Assembly (NCBI GenBank): GCA_030295235.1
Contig: AP026141.1
Coordinates: 248,001-312,000, forward strand
Length of the DNA: 64,000 nt
Source: Fistulifera solaris
Lineage: Eukaryota
Reading direction: 5' to 3'
Shown: positions 47,726 to 57,944 of the stretch, one piece after another
How the letters are laid out: each line of letters begins with the position of its first letter
Position numbering within the stretch: the stretch's first letter is position 1
Notes under the pieces: generated by a model
The model's input: only the letters and a program-made list of their open reading frames with translations
Databases searched by the model: none
Told to the model about the DNA's origin: nothing
Translations under genes and position numbers: made by a program

Positions 47726-48436
47726 TTTGCGGATGGAGATTGTGTTGTAGCGTAATTAGCAGGTACTAAAGCTTTTACTTTTCGGTGTATGGATGATACG
47801 ATGAATGTCAAGAGGATGCACTCCGTCTATGGTTGTTATCGATAAGGCAAAGTGTTGGCAAGAAAAAGAGGAGGGAGATTTTGCAACGAGGTGCACCGAA
47901 AAATCGCAAAAGTAGACTTCGGATGAAATCTAGGTGCTCTTGGGCCTTTTTACGGTATGATTTTGTACTTTAATTTTCATACCACCCGTTTAGAACGTGT
48001 CGTACCGAAATAAGCCCTAACGCCGGATACGGAAAACAAACGGGTCGCCGAATTTTCCAGTCTACACTAAACGCTTACAATGACGACATTATTATAAGCT
48101 TTCAAGTAGCAGCAATGACTTTAATGACCACATCAATGCAAGCATCAATGACCTTCGATACTCGATACTGGAAAAAATGAAGGTGGGCTTCGCGGGCATT
48201 TTGGCTTTTGCGGCGTTATTTAGCATCCCTTTTTCTTTGTTGATGGCAAAGGTGACAAGATCTTGTGATTGATCTTCCATCCTTACCTCATATCTGGCGA
48301 TGATGATTCTTTGCACCACAAATTGCTCGAATTATCAAGTATTCAATAAGTAAAGATGTCACCGACGAAAGCACATTGCACAGCCATGTTTGTCGAAAGC
48401 ATATTATGAACAAAAAGTGCTAAATTATGATATTCT

Positions 48437-50668
48437 TCAGGGCACTTCCGAGGAGCACGAGTCGCAGCAGTCACAAACAACTTCGGGAGGCTCGGAGCAG
48501 TGATCCGCCGTAAGCAGCGTCAATGCACCGGACACTCGTAGATCGCAAACGGAAGCAGGCATGACACCCTCGAGGCTATTGTTGTCCAGCAACAACTCGG
48601 TCAAGTTGCTCAGTTGACCCTGAACGATGGCTGGAATCGAACCGGTCAATGCATTGTCGTTCAAGAAAAGGTCGTAAAGCTCTGGCGCAGATGCATAATT
48701 TGCAGGAATGCTGCCCGTCAAGTCATTGCCATTGAAATACAACGCTTTGATTGTCGGGACGTCGAAAATACTGGCGGGCAATGTTCCAGTGAACAGGGCT
48801 TGCGAAAAGTCAGCGAATTCGAGGGCTGTAAAGGGTTCAAAGGCATCACGAATTGTTCCCGAGAGCGACGTTCCACCGACGGAAAGAATTGCTTTGTAAT
48901 GCGTGTAAAAAAAGGCATCAAAAGTCAGATTTGCTGAGACGGGATGATCTACGAGTACGTACGACAATTGTCTACTTACCCAGGTTAGAAAGACGAGTGA
49001 TTTCCGGAGGCAGCGTCCCAGTGAAACTATTTCCGGCTAGGCGAAGCGACTGAAGATAAGTGAGCTCACCAATGTCCGAGGCGACTGTACCCAGCAAATC
49101 ATTTCCTTCCAGTCGCAGGTCGACCAAGTATGTGTTGTTCCAAAACGGAGTAGGGATGGGCCCCGACAGCAGATTACTGTATGCTAGGAATTCCGTCAGA
49201 TTCAGCAAGCCGATTTCGGTTGGAATTTGTCCGGTAATGGCGTTGTTGTAGAAAATAAACGAATCTGAAAGAAGACGAAGAAATGAGCGACTTTCGTGTC
49301 AAATTATTACCCATTGACAATAGAGAACATGCATACTACGTACCAAGCCCCGCCGCTGACGAAATTGTTGTCGGGATGGAACCAACGACGGCATTGGCGG
49401 CTATCCATAGTTCCCGAAGCTGTTGCAGCTGTAAGAACGGGGCAGTCGCTAATTCACCCGTCAGGAGGTTGTTCGAGACGCGATAGACTTCCAAAGCCGT
49501 GAGTAGTGCCAGCGTTGTGGGGAATGCGGGTCCGATGAGTTGATTGTTTTCCACATCAATAAACTTCAAGTTTGGCCAGTTCAAAACAGCAGGAAGTGTG
49601 CCTGTCAAGTTATTGCTGAACGCACTCAAAACTTCGAGTGACTCAATCGCCCCCAGTTCGTTCGGTGGAGTGCCTTGAAGATTGTTGGAATCTGTTGAAA
49701 GTTTGGATATATTGTGAGCCCGTATTCGTGAGTCGAAACTCTCCAATCGAATGTCGTGCTTACCTAGTGCGATCTCGGTCACATCTCCATCCGCGTTACA
49801 AGTGATCCCATACCATTCACAATAGTCAGGCGTCACTAACCAGCCAGTGTTGTTCGTCCACGTAGCTCCCTCTGTAGAAAAGTACAGAACAATTAAGCTG
49901 TATAGACTCAGACTTTTGGCGGGGTCACCACACAACTCTGTTGCTGATGTATTCGTTGTATTACCCATCCAACGGTAGGCAGCGCCCTGGGGAGTCGACT
50001 CGTCTTCAATCAGACTGGAATTCGACACGGTCAAAAGGACATTCAAAAGTGCCGGATCCCGCAATAGAAAGTCGCAGTTGTCATTCGGTACGGGTGTCGC
50101 ACTTGCCCGATCGGGTGTCGGCGCCAGTGTCGGCGTCGACGTTCGATTGCTGGGCACCACCGTCGCCGGGGGGTACCGGCGCTACAGTAGTGAGATTGCT
50201 GGACACGGGCGACGCCGTCGTCTCTGTCGCAGGTGCAGAAGTGAAAGTACTTGCGACGGGTGCGACAGTAGTGGACGTTACGGGTCCAGAAGTGGGTGCA
50301 CTGACAGAGGACGGGGCACTGGGAATCGGATCGACCACCGGTGGGAGGGTCGGCGCGGAGACGGGTGCTACAGGTGTAACACTGGCCATTGTAGGCACAG
50401 GTGCCATCGGAGAGGGACTAGGTTGCACAGGCGTCCCTGTTGTCATAGACATGGACATGCTCGTGATATCTTCGAGAAACCGATCGAAAGCCAAGCGGTG
50501 ATCACTGGTGAAATCTTGCCCCTTGTCCCAGAAACTGGAATGAGTGATCTTGTTCTCAGCTTGCGCAATCGGGATGACAGCATTGCGCTTTCGTCGAATC
50601 TTCAAGTTAGTCTCGGAGTTGACCATTGCGAACAAGGTCGAGCACAGAACAACAAGAAACAGGCTCAT
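48437..50668 (-). CDS. Secreted plant-type LRR protein with Thr/Pro-rich stalk (paralogue 2)
   Basis: Signal peptide, RFLEDITSMSMSM, TPQGAAYRW, CEWYGITC, LRRs, CDCC; introns, plus an indel near 50130. Confidence 0.88.
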
Positions 50669-51286
50669 TTTTTGCATCAATACACGTCGTCGTGAAAAGA
50701 ACGAAAACTCGAGATGAATACAACTCAACTGTTCCTCTCTTACGACTCTAATAAGGAGTCCTATTGCTTGCAGAATGAGATGCTTGTAACGGATAGGATA
50801 TACGAGACTAAAGCTTTGTTCTGTGTTTTGCCTCTCGGTGAACAAAAATTTGGGTGAAGTGTGCAACTCCTCCGTTTCTGTTCGGCATATTTCCTCCTTC
50901 CAGTATCTCGTAAAGTGAACTATCTTTCGCGCCAGTCGGGACACAATGGCCATAGTAACCTAGTTCAACTACCCGTAATAATCAGTTATTTAAGGTCAAA
51001 CAATTTTTACAAATAAGATTTCGTCATGGCGGGAGTTTTCGGCTCATTCGTAAGACGGAATGAGGGACAGACGAAAAAATGGGGGTATCCGAGACTCTCT
51101 CCTCGCGATGATTTTCACGATGCTTTTTTTCCCACCGACGCGTCTTTGGTCGTCGCTTTTCCTTCGTTCAATCTGTCTATGAATACTATTATAAGCGCCA
51201 AACATAAACAGTTTTGAATATAAATTACAAAAAGAAAGTCTTAGACGAACTTGAATGGATTTTACGTCAGCAAAGACGTCGGAAGA

Positions 51287-52254
51287 ATGAGATTCAAAGC
51301 CAAACTCGCACCCGAACAAGTATCATTGCTCTATTCCGTAATCGTACCACTGGCGCGTCTTTCTTCGAGCGCTTCCGAGACAAGCGCATGGGCGCGAAAT
51401 GGAAGTATTTTGTACATGGATTCGGATCGATTTTCTATATCTTGCAAAGGACGGTCACAGAGACGGACGGAATTTCCTGCTTCGCGGAATTCCGTGCGGC
51501 AGAAGGCATTTTCTTAGAGCATCGCATCGAAAGTGTGGCGGAGAACAATGGGATTTTGATGGAAATTGACTTGGGGCAGTTGAAATTAGCCCTTCAGTCG
51601 GTGTGTGCGAACAGCATGAACTCGTCCGAACGAGGTACGATCGAAGCCGCGTACAATCTCGACGAACGATCCGCCGTATTTAAGCTAGCGAAGCGAAATA
51701 ACATGGCGTGTCTGTGCATTGAAGCACTTTCGGCTTCTAAAATTCAAGTGCATCATGCCGTTCCGGTGCGGATTCTACGTGTCACAGACAAGCAACAATA
51801 TATGCCGCCCATGATTGACGATCCGACCGTCAAATTGCAAATTGTGGCGCCGCATCAAGTGCAAACACGACCTTTACGGACTATATTGGAAAATATGCGC
51901 ACCATGGAGACGGCACGGAGTACCCACCCGACGGTTCTGGTATACGGCAATCAGCAAAGTGGCGAATTAACGATTAGTTTAGAATCTGAGGGGGCGTCCA
52001 TTCGCGCCTATTTTGCGGATGTTGCCCCCGCTGCCACGGCGGATCCCGAAAAGTACGAATGTACCGTCAAAGTCGACGCGCGGAAGCTTTCCGCTGCTTT
52101 GCAATGGCAGCAGCAGCCTCAGTACATTTCGTCGGCGCTGTTGGGGCTGTTGGAGAACCAGCAATTGATACTACACGTCAGCTTGGAACCCGCAGGGGTT
52201 GGGTTTTTCACCTATTACGTTCCTGTTCACTATTTATCGAAAGAAGCGGACTGA
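51287..52254 (+). CDS. HUS1: Checkpoint clamp (9-1-1) subunit Hus1
   Basis: MRFKAKL start; F.EHRIESVAENNGILMEIDL..L..AL; KLAKR; HAVPVRIL; FTYYVP; indel near 51450. Confidence 0.85.
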
Positions 52255-52477
52255 TTTTGTACTCGCTCGTCGCATTGTGTATTTACTAACTTTCATAGGT
52301 CCTTCATACTTTGGAAAAATGCCACTCATTCTTGCAACTTGTCATCATCTTGCAATCACAACTTACTATTAGGGGTTTCTGAAGCTCATTAGTCAAGTAG
52401 GGCTGCTAAAGGGTGCCGTACTTAACTTTGGGATCATGTTTGAAAGGCTGCGGTCGAGCATTCATGGCTATAATGAT

Positions 52478-52534
52478 CACTATCCATTCGAATGTACTCC
52501 GTTTTTCGCAGCCACGACTAAATCAGTCATGAAA
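52478..52534 (-). repeat. Degenerate copy of the bipartite dyad element
   Basis: Reverse strand reads TTTCATGACTGATTTAGTCGTGG-CTGCGAAAAACGGAG-TACATTCGAATGGATAGT. Confidence 0.55.
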
Positions 52535-53075
52535 CAAAAAAGCAAAAGACAGCGAACGGCGAATAAAGGTTAACAAATAAGTGAGCAAGATGTATCGTCA
52601 GGTGCAACAGCTAGTCCTACTTCACTACCAAAATACCAGCCTCATTTGAAAAACATCATGTGATAATAAAGCGCGTCGACAAGAAGCGTTTATTCAAGCA
52701 ATCAAGCATAAAGTTTAACGTCTAACCTTCGCACGCTGTTGTAAACATGCCGTCTCTACGGTTTTGAACCATTTATTGTTATGTTCCCGTTGAGACATTT
52801 CATTTATGTCCATCAAACCAAGGAAATAACACGCATCAAACGCCAGCCGAGCCCAAAAACTCTCACCCTCACTGGTTGATAGAACGAAAATCCATGCGTT
52901 GAGAATGAATTGTCGACACTTTGAGAGTCAAGGCATAAACAAGTCTTGTAGAAAAGATTCTTTTGAAAGTAGAATTGCCGATTTTGTTGACTAGCTCAAC
53001 AGAGTCTCTTGATTCGTATCCTTCGTTAATTTTTGACCATTTGTATCACTGCATCCGCATGTTTGTGCAACCACC

Positions 53076-55238
53076 ATGATGATGAGAATGCTTTTAAAAG
53101 CGATAATAAGCTGCAGCGTCCTAAGACAGGCGCTCGCGAATGGCCTTTCGGATGGTCTACCCGACGAAGCGGCGATGGCGCGACAAAAAGCAGGGGCGGG
53201 AAAATTAGAGAAGGACACAATTGATGCAATATTCGATGAAGACGGAACATTGAGCGCGATGTGGGAACAAGAAGCAAAACGTGCACAATTGGAAACAAGA
53301 CGACTATTTTTCTCAAACCATGGTAGTATGCCGCTTGTACCAACATCGAGTCCTGTTCCTGCTCAAACAGCCAGTCCCTCCATTGAACGGACCCCGGCGC
53401 CATCGAGCGGGACATTCTCCCCAGCCTCTGGAGAGACTTTATCACCCTCATCGGAAGGGACACCGGCACCTTCTTCAGCAGGAACATTGTCTCCCGACTC
53501 TGGAGGAACATTGGCCCCCGCTTCTGAGGAAACATTAGCTCCTGCTTCCGAGCAAACGTTGGCTCCAAATTCTGGTGGCTCCTTGGCTCCGGTTTCTGGG
53601 GGAACTCCCGCTCCTTCCCCGTCGCAGACCACTGGCGGGGATTGTTTGGAGGGTACAACACTGGACGTATATTTGACAACACTTCTGAGCTCGATAACAT
53701 CCGAGGATATTATTTTAGATACTGCTACACCGCAAGGTCGGGCATTTGCCGCCATGATCAGTGACCCGTTTGTTGAACAAAACGCTTGTAGCGAAACAAT
53801 TGATCAGAGATTCGGTTTGATGACATTCTACTATTCGACGGGTGGAGAAGAGTGGTCAACACAAACCAGCTGGTTGACCGATTCAGATGAATGTACTTGG
53901 TTCGGAGTAATCTGTGATGACGCTGACTCTCGTGCAACCAATTTGACGCTAGGTACGTCGCATGTAACTAATTGTTCCTTGTCTTGGAAATCTGCTTCTC
54001 ACTTCGCCTTCATTACTGTTATAGGAGTCAACAACCTTTCCGGGTCCATTCCTGAGGAAATATCAACCCTCTATAAATTGACTCGATTGGAACTTTTCGG
54101 AAATAATTTGACGTCTACCATTCCTGCCGGAATTGCAAATTTGACCGAACTAGCGGTGATTGATTTAGAAGAGAACTCATTGACAGGAACACCGCTTTCC
54201 GATGCCGTGATGCAACTGACGAGTCTCTCTCAGGCATTTTTCTCGAGAAATGCCTTTGAAGGTACTATTCCGACTACAATTTCGAACTTGGCCTCATTGC
54301 AAGACTTTTGGATCGCCGCCAATTCAATGTCTGGATCACTACCTATCGATATTGGAGGTCTGACCATGTTAAGATCATTGATCATGTACGAGAACGCGTT
54401 CGACGGTCCCCTGCCCGAGACGTTTTCTTTCTTGACGAATATCACCAATATGCAGCTTTATGACAACGATTTCAGCGGAAGTATTCCATCGTCCATGTTT
54501 GGCTTAACGCAACTCAGCGTCCTGCTTCTGGATGGAAACTTCTTGGATGGATCCATTTCCTCCGAAATATCATTCTTAACAGCCTTGACGGATCTTCGTC
54601 TCCATGATAACAACTTTGATGGCGTGATACCAGATGACATTGCCTTTCTGTCGAGCTTGAAATTCTTGACATTGGGCGACACTATGCTCAATGGGGCAAT
54701 CCCGAATGTCTTTACTCTGATGGAAGGCTTGGAAACCATCGATCTCGGAAATAACATGCATACCGGAATTATACCCGACTCGCTCTTCTTCTTACCTCTT
54801 GTATCCAGAGTGTATCTCCAAGGCAATGACTTGACTGGAGCCATACCAGTGAGTTGGTCGGACCCACCCAATTTGATCGATCTCTTCCTGAACGACAATC
54901 TTCTCACGGGAAGCATCCCCACCATTGACGATGGCGAATTTGCCAACTTGCAAGAACTGACACTACAATACAATAGCTTGACCGGAGCGGTACCCGAGCC
55001 CCTGTGTGCCTTGCGAGCGGAGGACGGACTCGCGCGGTTATTCACCGATTGCGGTGGCGATGAGCCCGAAGTGGATTGTTTGTTCCCTACCTGCTGTAAC
55101 CGATGCTTTGAGGGAGAGAATCCGGAAGCAGCGTCACCCGGTGGCAACTCCACAGAGCGACTATTAATGGAGAACAAGTTGGATGGCCGACATGCTGGAA
55201 CCAGGAGTGATCGATATAGCGGTCGAACACGAAGATAA
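53076..55238 (+). CDS. Secreted plant-type LRR protein with TLAPAS repeat stalk (paralogue 3)
   Basis: Signal peptide, RRLF...GSM, 8-aa TL(S/A)P repeats, QRFGLMTFYYSTGG, ECTWFGVIC, many LRRs; in-frame 72-nt intron 53953-54024. Confidence 0.9.
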   Translation: MMMRMLLKAIISCSVLRQALANGLSDGLPDEAAMARQKAGAGKLEKDTIDAIFDEDGTLSAMWEQEAKRAQLETRRLFFSNHGSMPLVPTSSPVPAQTASPSIERTPAPSSGTFSPASGETLSPSSEGTPAPSSAGTLSPDSGGTLAPASEETLAPASEQTLAPNSGGSLAPVSGGTPAPSPSQTTGGDCLEGTTLDVYLTTLLSSITSEDIILDTATPQGRAFAAMISDPFVEQNACSETIDQRFGLMTFYYSTGGEEWSTQTSWLTDSDECTWFGVICDDADSRATNLTLGTSHVTNCSLSWKSASHFAFITVIGVNNLSGSIPEEISTLYKLTRLELFGNNLTSTIPAGIANLTELAVIDLEENSLTGTPLSDAVMQLTSLSQAFFSRNAFEGTIPTTISNLASLQDFWIAANSMSGSLPIDIGGLTMLRSLIMYENAFDGPLPETFSFLTNITNMQLYDNDFSGSIPSSMFGLTQLSVLLLDGNFLDGSISSEISFLTALTDLRLHDNNFDGVIPDDIAFLSSLKFLTLGDTMLNGAIPNVFTLMEGLETIDLGNNMHTGIIPDSLFFLPLVSRVYLQGNDLTGAIPVSWSDPPNLIDLFLNDNLLTGSIPTIDDGEFANLQELTLQYNSLTGAVPEPLCALRAEDGLARLFTDCGGDEPEVDCLFPTCCNRCFEGENPEAASPGGNSTERLLMENKLDGRHAGTRSDRYSGRTRR

Positions 55239-55481
55239 ATGAACCAATAGATATAAGAAACGGGGGCCATGGTCGGATATGCTGAACAACTTAAAAAGTA
55301 GAGAGCAAAAAAGTAATGCTCTCAAAATAAAAGTATGTAATGATGGATTAACGATAGACGTAGCACTTTGTAATGTGTGGGTAATTCGCCATGATGAAAG
55401 GACCTGCTTTTTGAAAGAAATGTTCAAAAATCTCCTTCACTGCGAAGAGCTTCCCCAATACACGGCCTGTAACACAAGTGC

Positions 55482-56057
55482 TTACTGACGACCCCTTCCA
55501 CGGCCCGCAAAGCCACCACTTCGACCACCGAAACCTCTTCCTCCGCCTCTACCTGGACTTCTGCCTCCTCGACCCCCCGGTGAAAAACCTCGTCCGCCAC
55601 CGCGTCCACCACCGCGTCCTCCATCTCGTCCTCTACCTCCCCCGCGACCAGCTCCTCTACCCGCGGGTTTACCTCCTCCTTGTGGATTTGTGAAACGAGA
55701 CAATGGCAAGAGTTTATCTGTTCCAACAAAGACTTGATCTTTGGGTTGAAAACTCTTACTCAATACGCCCGGATCCATCTTGACGGTAAAGAAGGTTTCG
55801 TTAACAATCTTACCAAAGATTTCGTCGACTTTACCAATTTTTCGTTTATTTTGCAGATAGACGCCCGCATTGAAGTAGGGAACCTTGTCGGTGACCGTCC
55901 AACGGCATACCAACTCGGATTCACAATCGTGCTCGACGTAACCGGCTTCGATAATCTCGACCGGAGGACCTTCGTCGCGGAAACTACTACTACTGCGACC
56001 ACCGCCTCGTCCTCCTCCACGTCCTCCCGGAGATCGTCCTCGGCCTCGGAATGACAT
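55482..56057 (-). CDS. GAR1: H/ACA snoRNP subunit Gar1
   Basis: RGG-rich termini; GPP, KVPYFNAGVYLQNK..IGKVDEIFG, KLLPLSRF. Confidence 0.95.
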   Translation of the reverse strand: MSFRGRGRSPGGRGGGRGGGRSSSSFRDEGPPVEIIEAGYVEHDCESELVCRWTVTDKVPYFNAGVYLQNKRKIGKVDEIFGKIVNETFFTVKMDPGVLSKSFQPKDQVFVGTDKLLPLSRFTNPQGGGKPAGRGAGRGGGRGRDGGRGGGRGGGRGFSPGGRGGRSPGRGGGRGFGGRSGGFAGRGRGRQ

Positions 56058-56210
56058 GTTTCTTTTGTGTTTGTGTGAATTTAAAAGAAGAACAGCAGTC
56101 AAGTAAGTAGTGTCTTCTGTTATTGCTGTCAACAAACTATTTTTGGAAGGATCCGAAACATCGGTGGATGGTTGTCGTTCATTTTCGCACATTCGTGAGT
56201 ACCGGTCTCA

Positions 56211-56336
56211 ATGGACTATGGTCCAGAGTGTTGTCCGTTTTCAGCACGACTCCATTTCAGTCATGAGTCGACGGGCGGAAGACTCTAAGGTCAAAGTGTA
56301 GATGACTTTTTCTCTGGACTGGATTTCAGTCATGAG
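56211..56336 (-). repeat. Two tandem copies of the bipartite dyad element in the GAR1/ALG2 divergent promoter
   Basis: Reverse strand reads CTCATGACTGAAATCCAGTCCAG-N13-TACACTTTGACCTTAG and CGACTCATGACTGAAATGGAGTCGTG-N12-AACACTCTGGACCATAGT. Confidence 0.8.
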
Positions 56337-56463
56337 GCATCGCATTGCTTTTTTTTTCTCGGAGCACATAATAAGTAAAGCGAGGCATGTTGATCATTGT
56401 TTCGTAATTTATTACAAACGACTTTGTTCGATCTTTATTATCACAACAACAATCAATAACGCA

Positions 56464-57867
56464 ATGAATAAAGCTACAGACGATCCTGTGTTCACGCGCG
56501 CCCGACCGTTGCACGTCGTATTCGTGCACGTCGATTTGGGAATTGGAGGTGCGGAACAATTAATGTTGCAATTGGCGCAAGCTTCGGCGAAAGCGGGACA
56601 TGCTCTCGATATTGTCACGACACGCTGTGATCCCGATCATTGTTTTGCGGCCGTCAAACCTGCTGGTAATTTGTTTCCGCACTTGCACGTGGTGGGTCGC
56701 TGGATTCCGGCGACGTTGTTTGGAGGCAAAGCCAAGGCACTGTGTTCGACGATAAGACTGGCGTATTTGGCGTGGTGGACGGCACGGAAACGATCCAAAG
56801 CCGATGTTTACGTAGTCGATGTTTTGCCGTTGCCATTGTGGATCTGGAACTGGATTTCGTCCGCGTCCTTGTTGTTTTATTGTCATTTTCCCGATCGTTT
56901 ACTGTTGCAACGCACCGACCGTAATCTTTTGCAACACTGCTATCGACAGGTCATGGATGGTCTGGAAGAACATTGTATGCAATATGCGGATTTGATTGCC
57001 GTCAATTCCCAATTTACACGAGAAACGGTACGAAGAACGTTTCCCTCGTTGCAAGATACGGAGCTCCATGTCTTGTATCCGGCTTTGGATACAGCGAGTC
57101 TCGACAAACACCGGCCCGAAGAAGACGAAGATGATGGACGTCCCCTGATTGTTTCACTCAATCGCTTCGAGCGGAAAAAGAACCTTGAATTGGTGCTGGG
57201 AGCGGCGGCGTGGTATCGGTCTCATGTTCCACAGGCATCGTTGCCACGCATTGTCATTGCGGGAGGCTACGATGTGCAGTGTACCGAAAATGTCGAATAT
57301 TTGAACGAATTGCAACAATGTGCGGCCGCTCAGAAGATCCCGGTGACCTTTTTGAAATCCATTTCCGACGCGACGCGGGCTTCGCTCTTACAACAGGCCA
57401 CGGCGGTCTTGTATACACCCACGAATGAACATTTTGGGATTGTACCGCTCGAAGTCATGTATTCGGAAACCATTGTGATTGCCGTCAATGCGGGTGGACC
57501 CAAAGAAACCATCGTCGACGGAGTTTGTGGATATTTGTGTGAGCCGACGGAGGAATCGTTCGGTCGGGCACTGCAAACCGTATTGGAGGCCACTCCCGAG
57601 CAGCGCGCGGCCATTAGTCGGGCCGCGAAAGAACGCGTGATCGAATATTTTTCCGAAGAACGACTGATGAGAGAATGGCAAGACTTGCTTTCCAAGGCGG
57701 TGTGTATGGGTCGAAGTCGGCAATCGAAATTATGGTGGAGTCCGAAAACGACTCTACAGATCATTCAGGCACTTGTCACTCTGTTCTTGTATTACGGTTT
57801 GACAAAAGTGCTGACGATGGTTTCCTGGGGGTCTTGGTCGTCAGACAATGTCAACAACGAATTGTAA
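56464..57867 (+). CDS. ALG2: Alpha-1,3/1,6-mannosyltransferase Alg2 (GT4)
   Basis: HVDLGIGGAEQL, FYCHFPD, SLNRFERKKN, YTPTNEHFGIVPLE. Confidence 0.93.
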   Translation: MNKATDDPVFTRARPLHVVFVHVDLGIGGAEQLMLQLAQASAKAGHALDIVTTRCDPDHCFAAVKPAGNLFPHLHVVGRWIPATLFGGKAKALCSTIRLAYLAWWTARKRSKADVYVVDVLPLPLWIWNWISSASLLFYCHFPDRLLLQRTDRNLLQHCYRQVMDGLEEHCMQYADLIAVNSQFTRETVRRTFPSLQDTELHVLYPALDTASLDKHRPEEDEDDGRPLIVSLNRFERKKNLELVLGAAAWYRSHVPQASLPRIVIAGGYDVQCTENVEYLNELQQCAAAQKIPVTFLKSISDATRASLLQQATAVLYTPTNEHFGIVPLEVMYSETIVIAVNAGGPKETIVDGVCGYLCEPTEESFGRALQTVLEATPEQRAAISRAAKERVIEYFSEERLMREWQDLLSKAVCMGRSRQSKLWWSPKTTLQIIQALVTLFLYYGLTKVLTMVSWGSWSSDNVNNEL

Positions 57868-57944
57868 CTGTATGAATTCATAGTGCGATTGAAACAAATT
57901 CTGATGCAATGTATTTCTTAGTAAAAACGATTTATAATATGCAT

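Noticed and set aside
50933..50960. CAGTCGGG-ACACAATGGCCATAGTAA as another copy of the dyad element
   Set aside because: It lacks the left arm of the dyad and the spacer; too degenerate to count.
3087..52254. Functional clustering of genome-maintenance genes (NSE3, TRF-like, HUS1) or ubiquitin genes (HRD3, otubain, UBA)
   Set aside because: The genes are far apart and interspersed with unrelated ones, which is consistent with chance in a gene-dense genome.
53953..54024. Extra peptide TSHVTNCSLSWK... in LRR paralogue 3
   Set aside because: It is a stop-free 72-nt GT-AG intron at the same position as introns in the other two paralogues.
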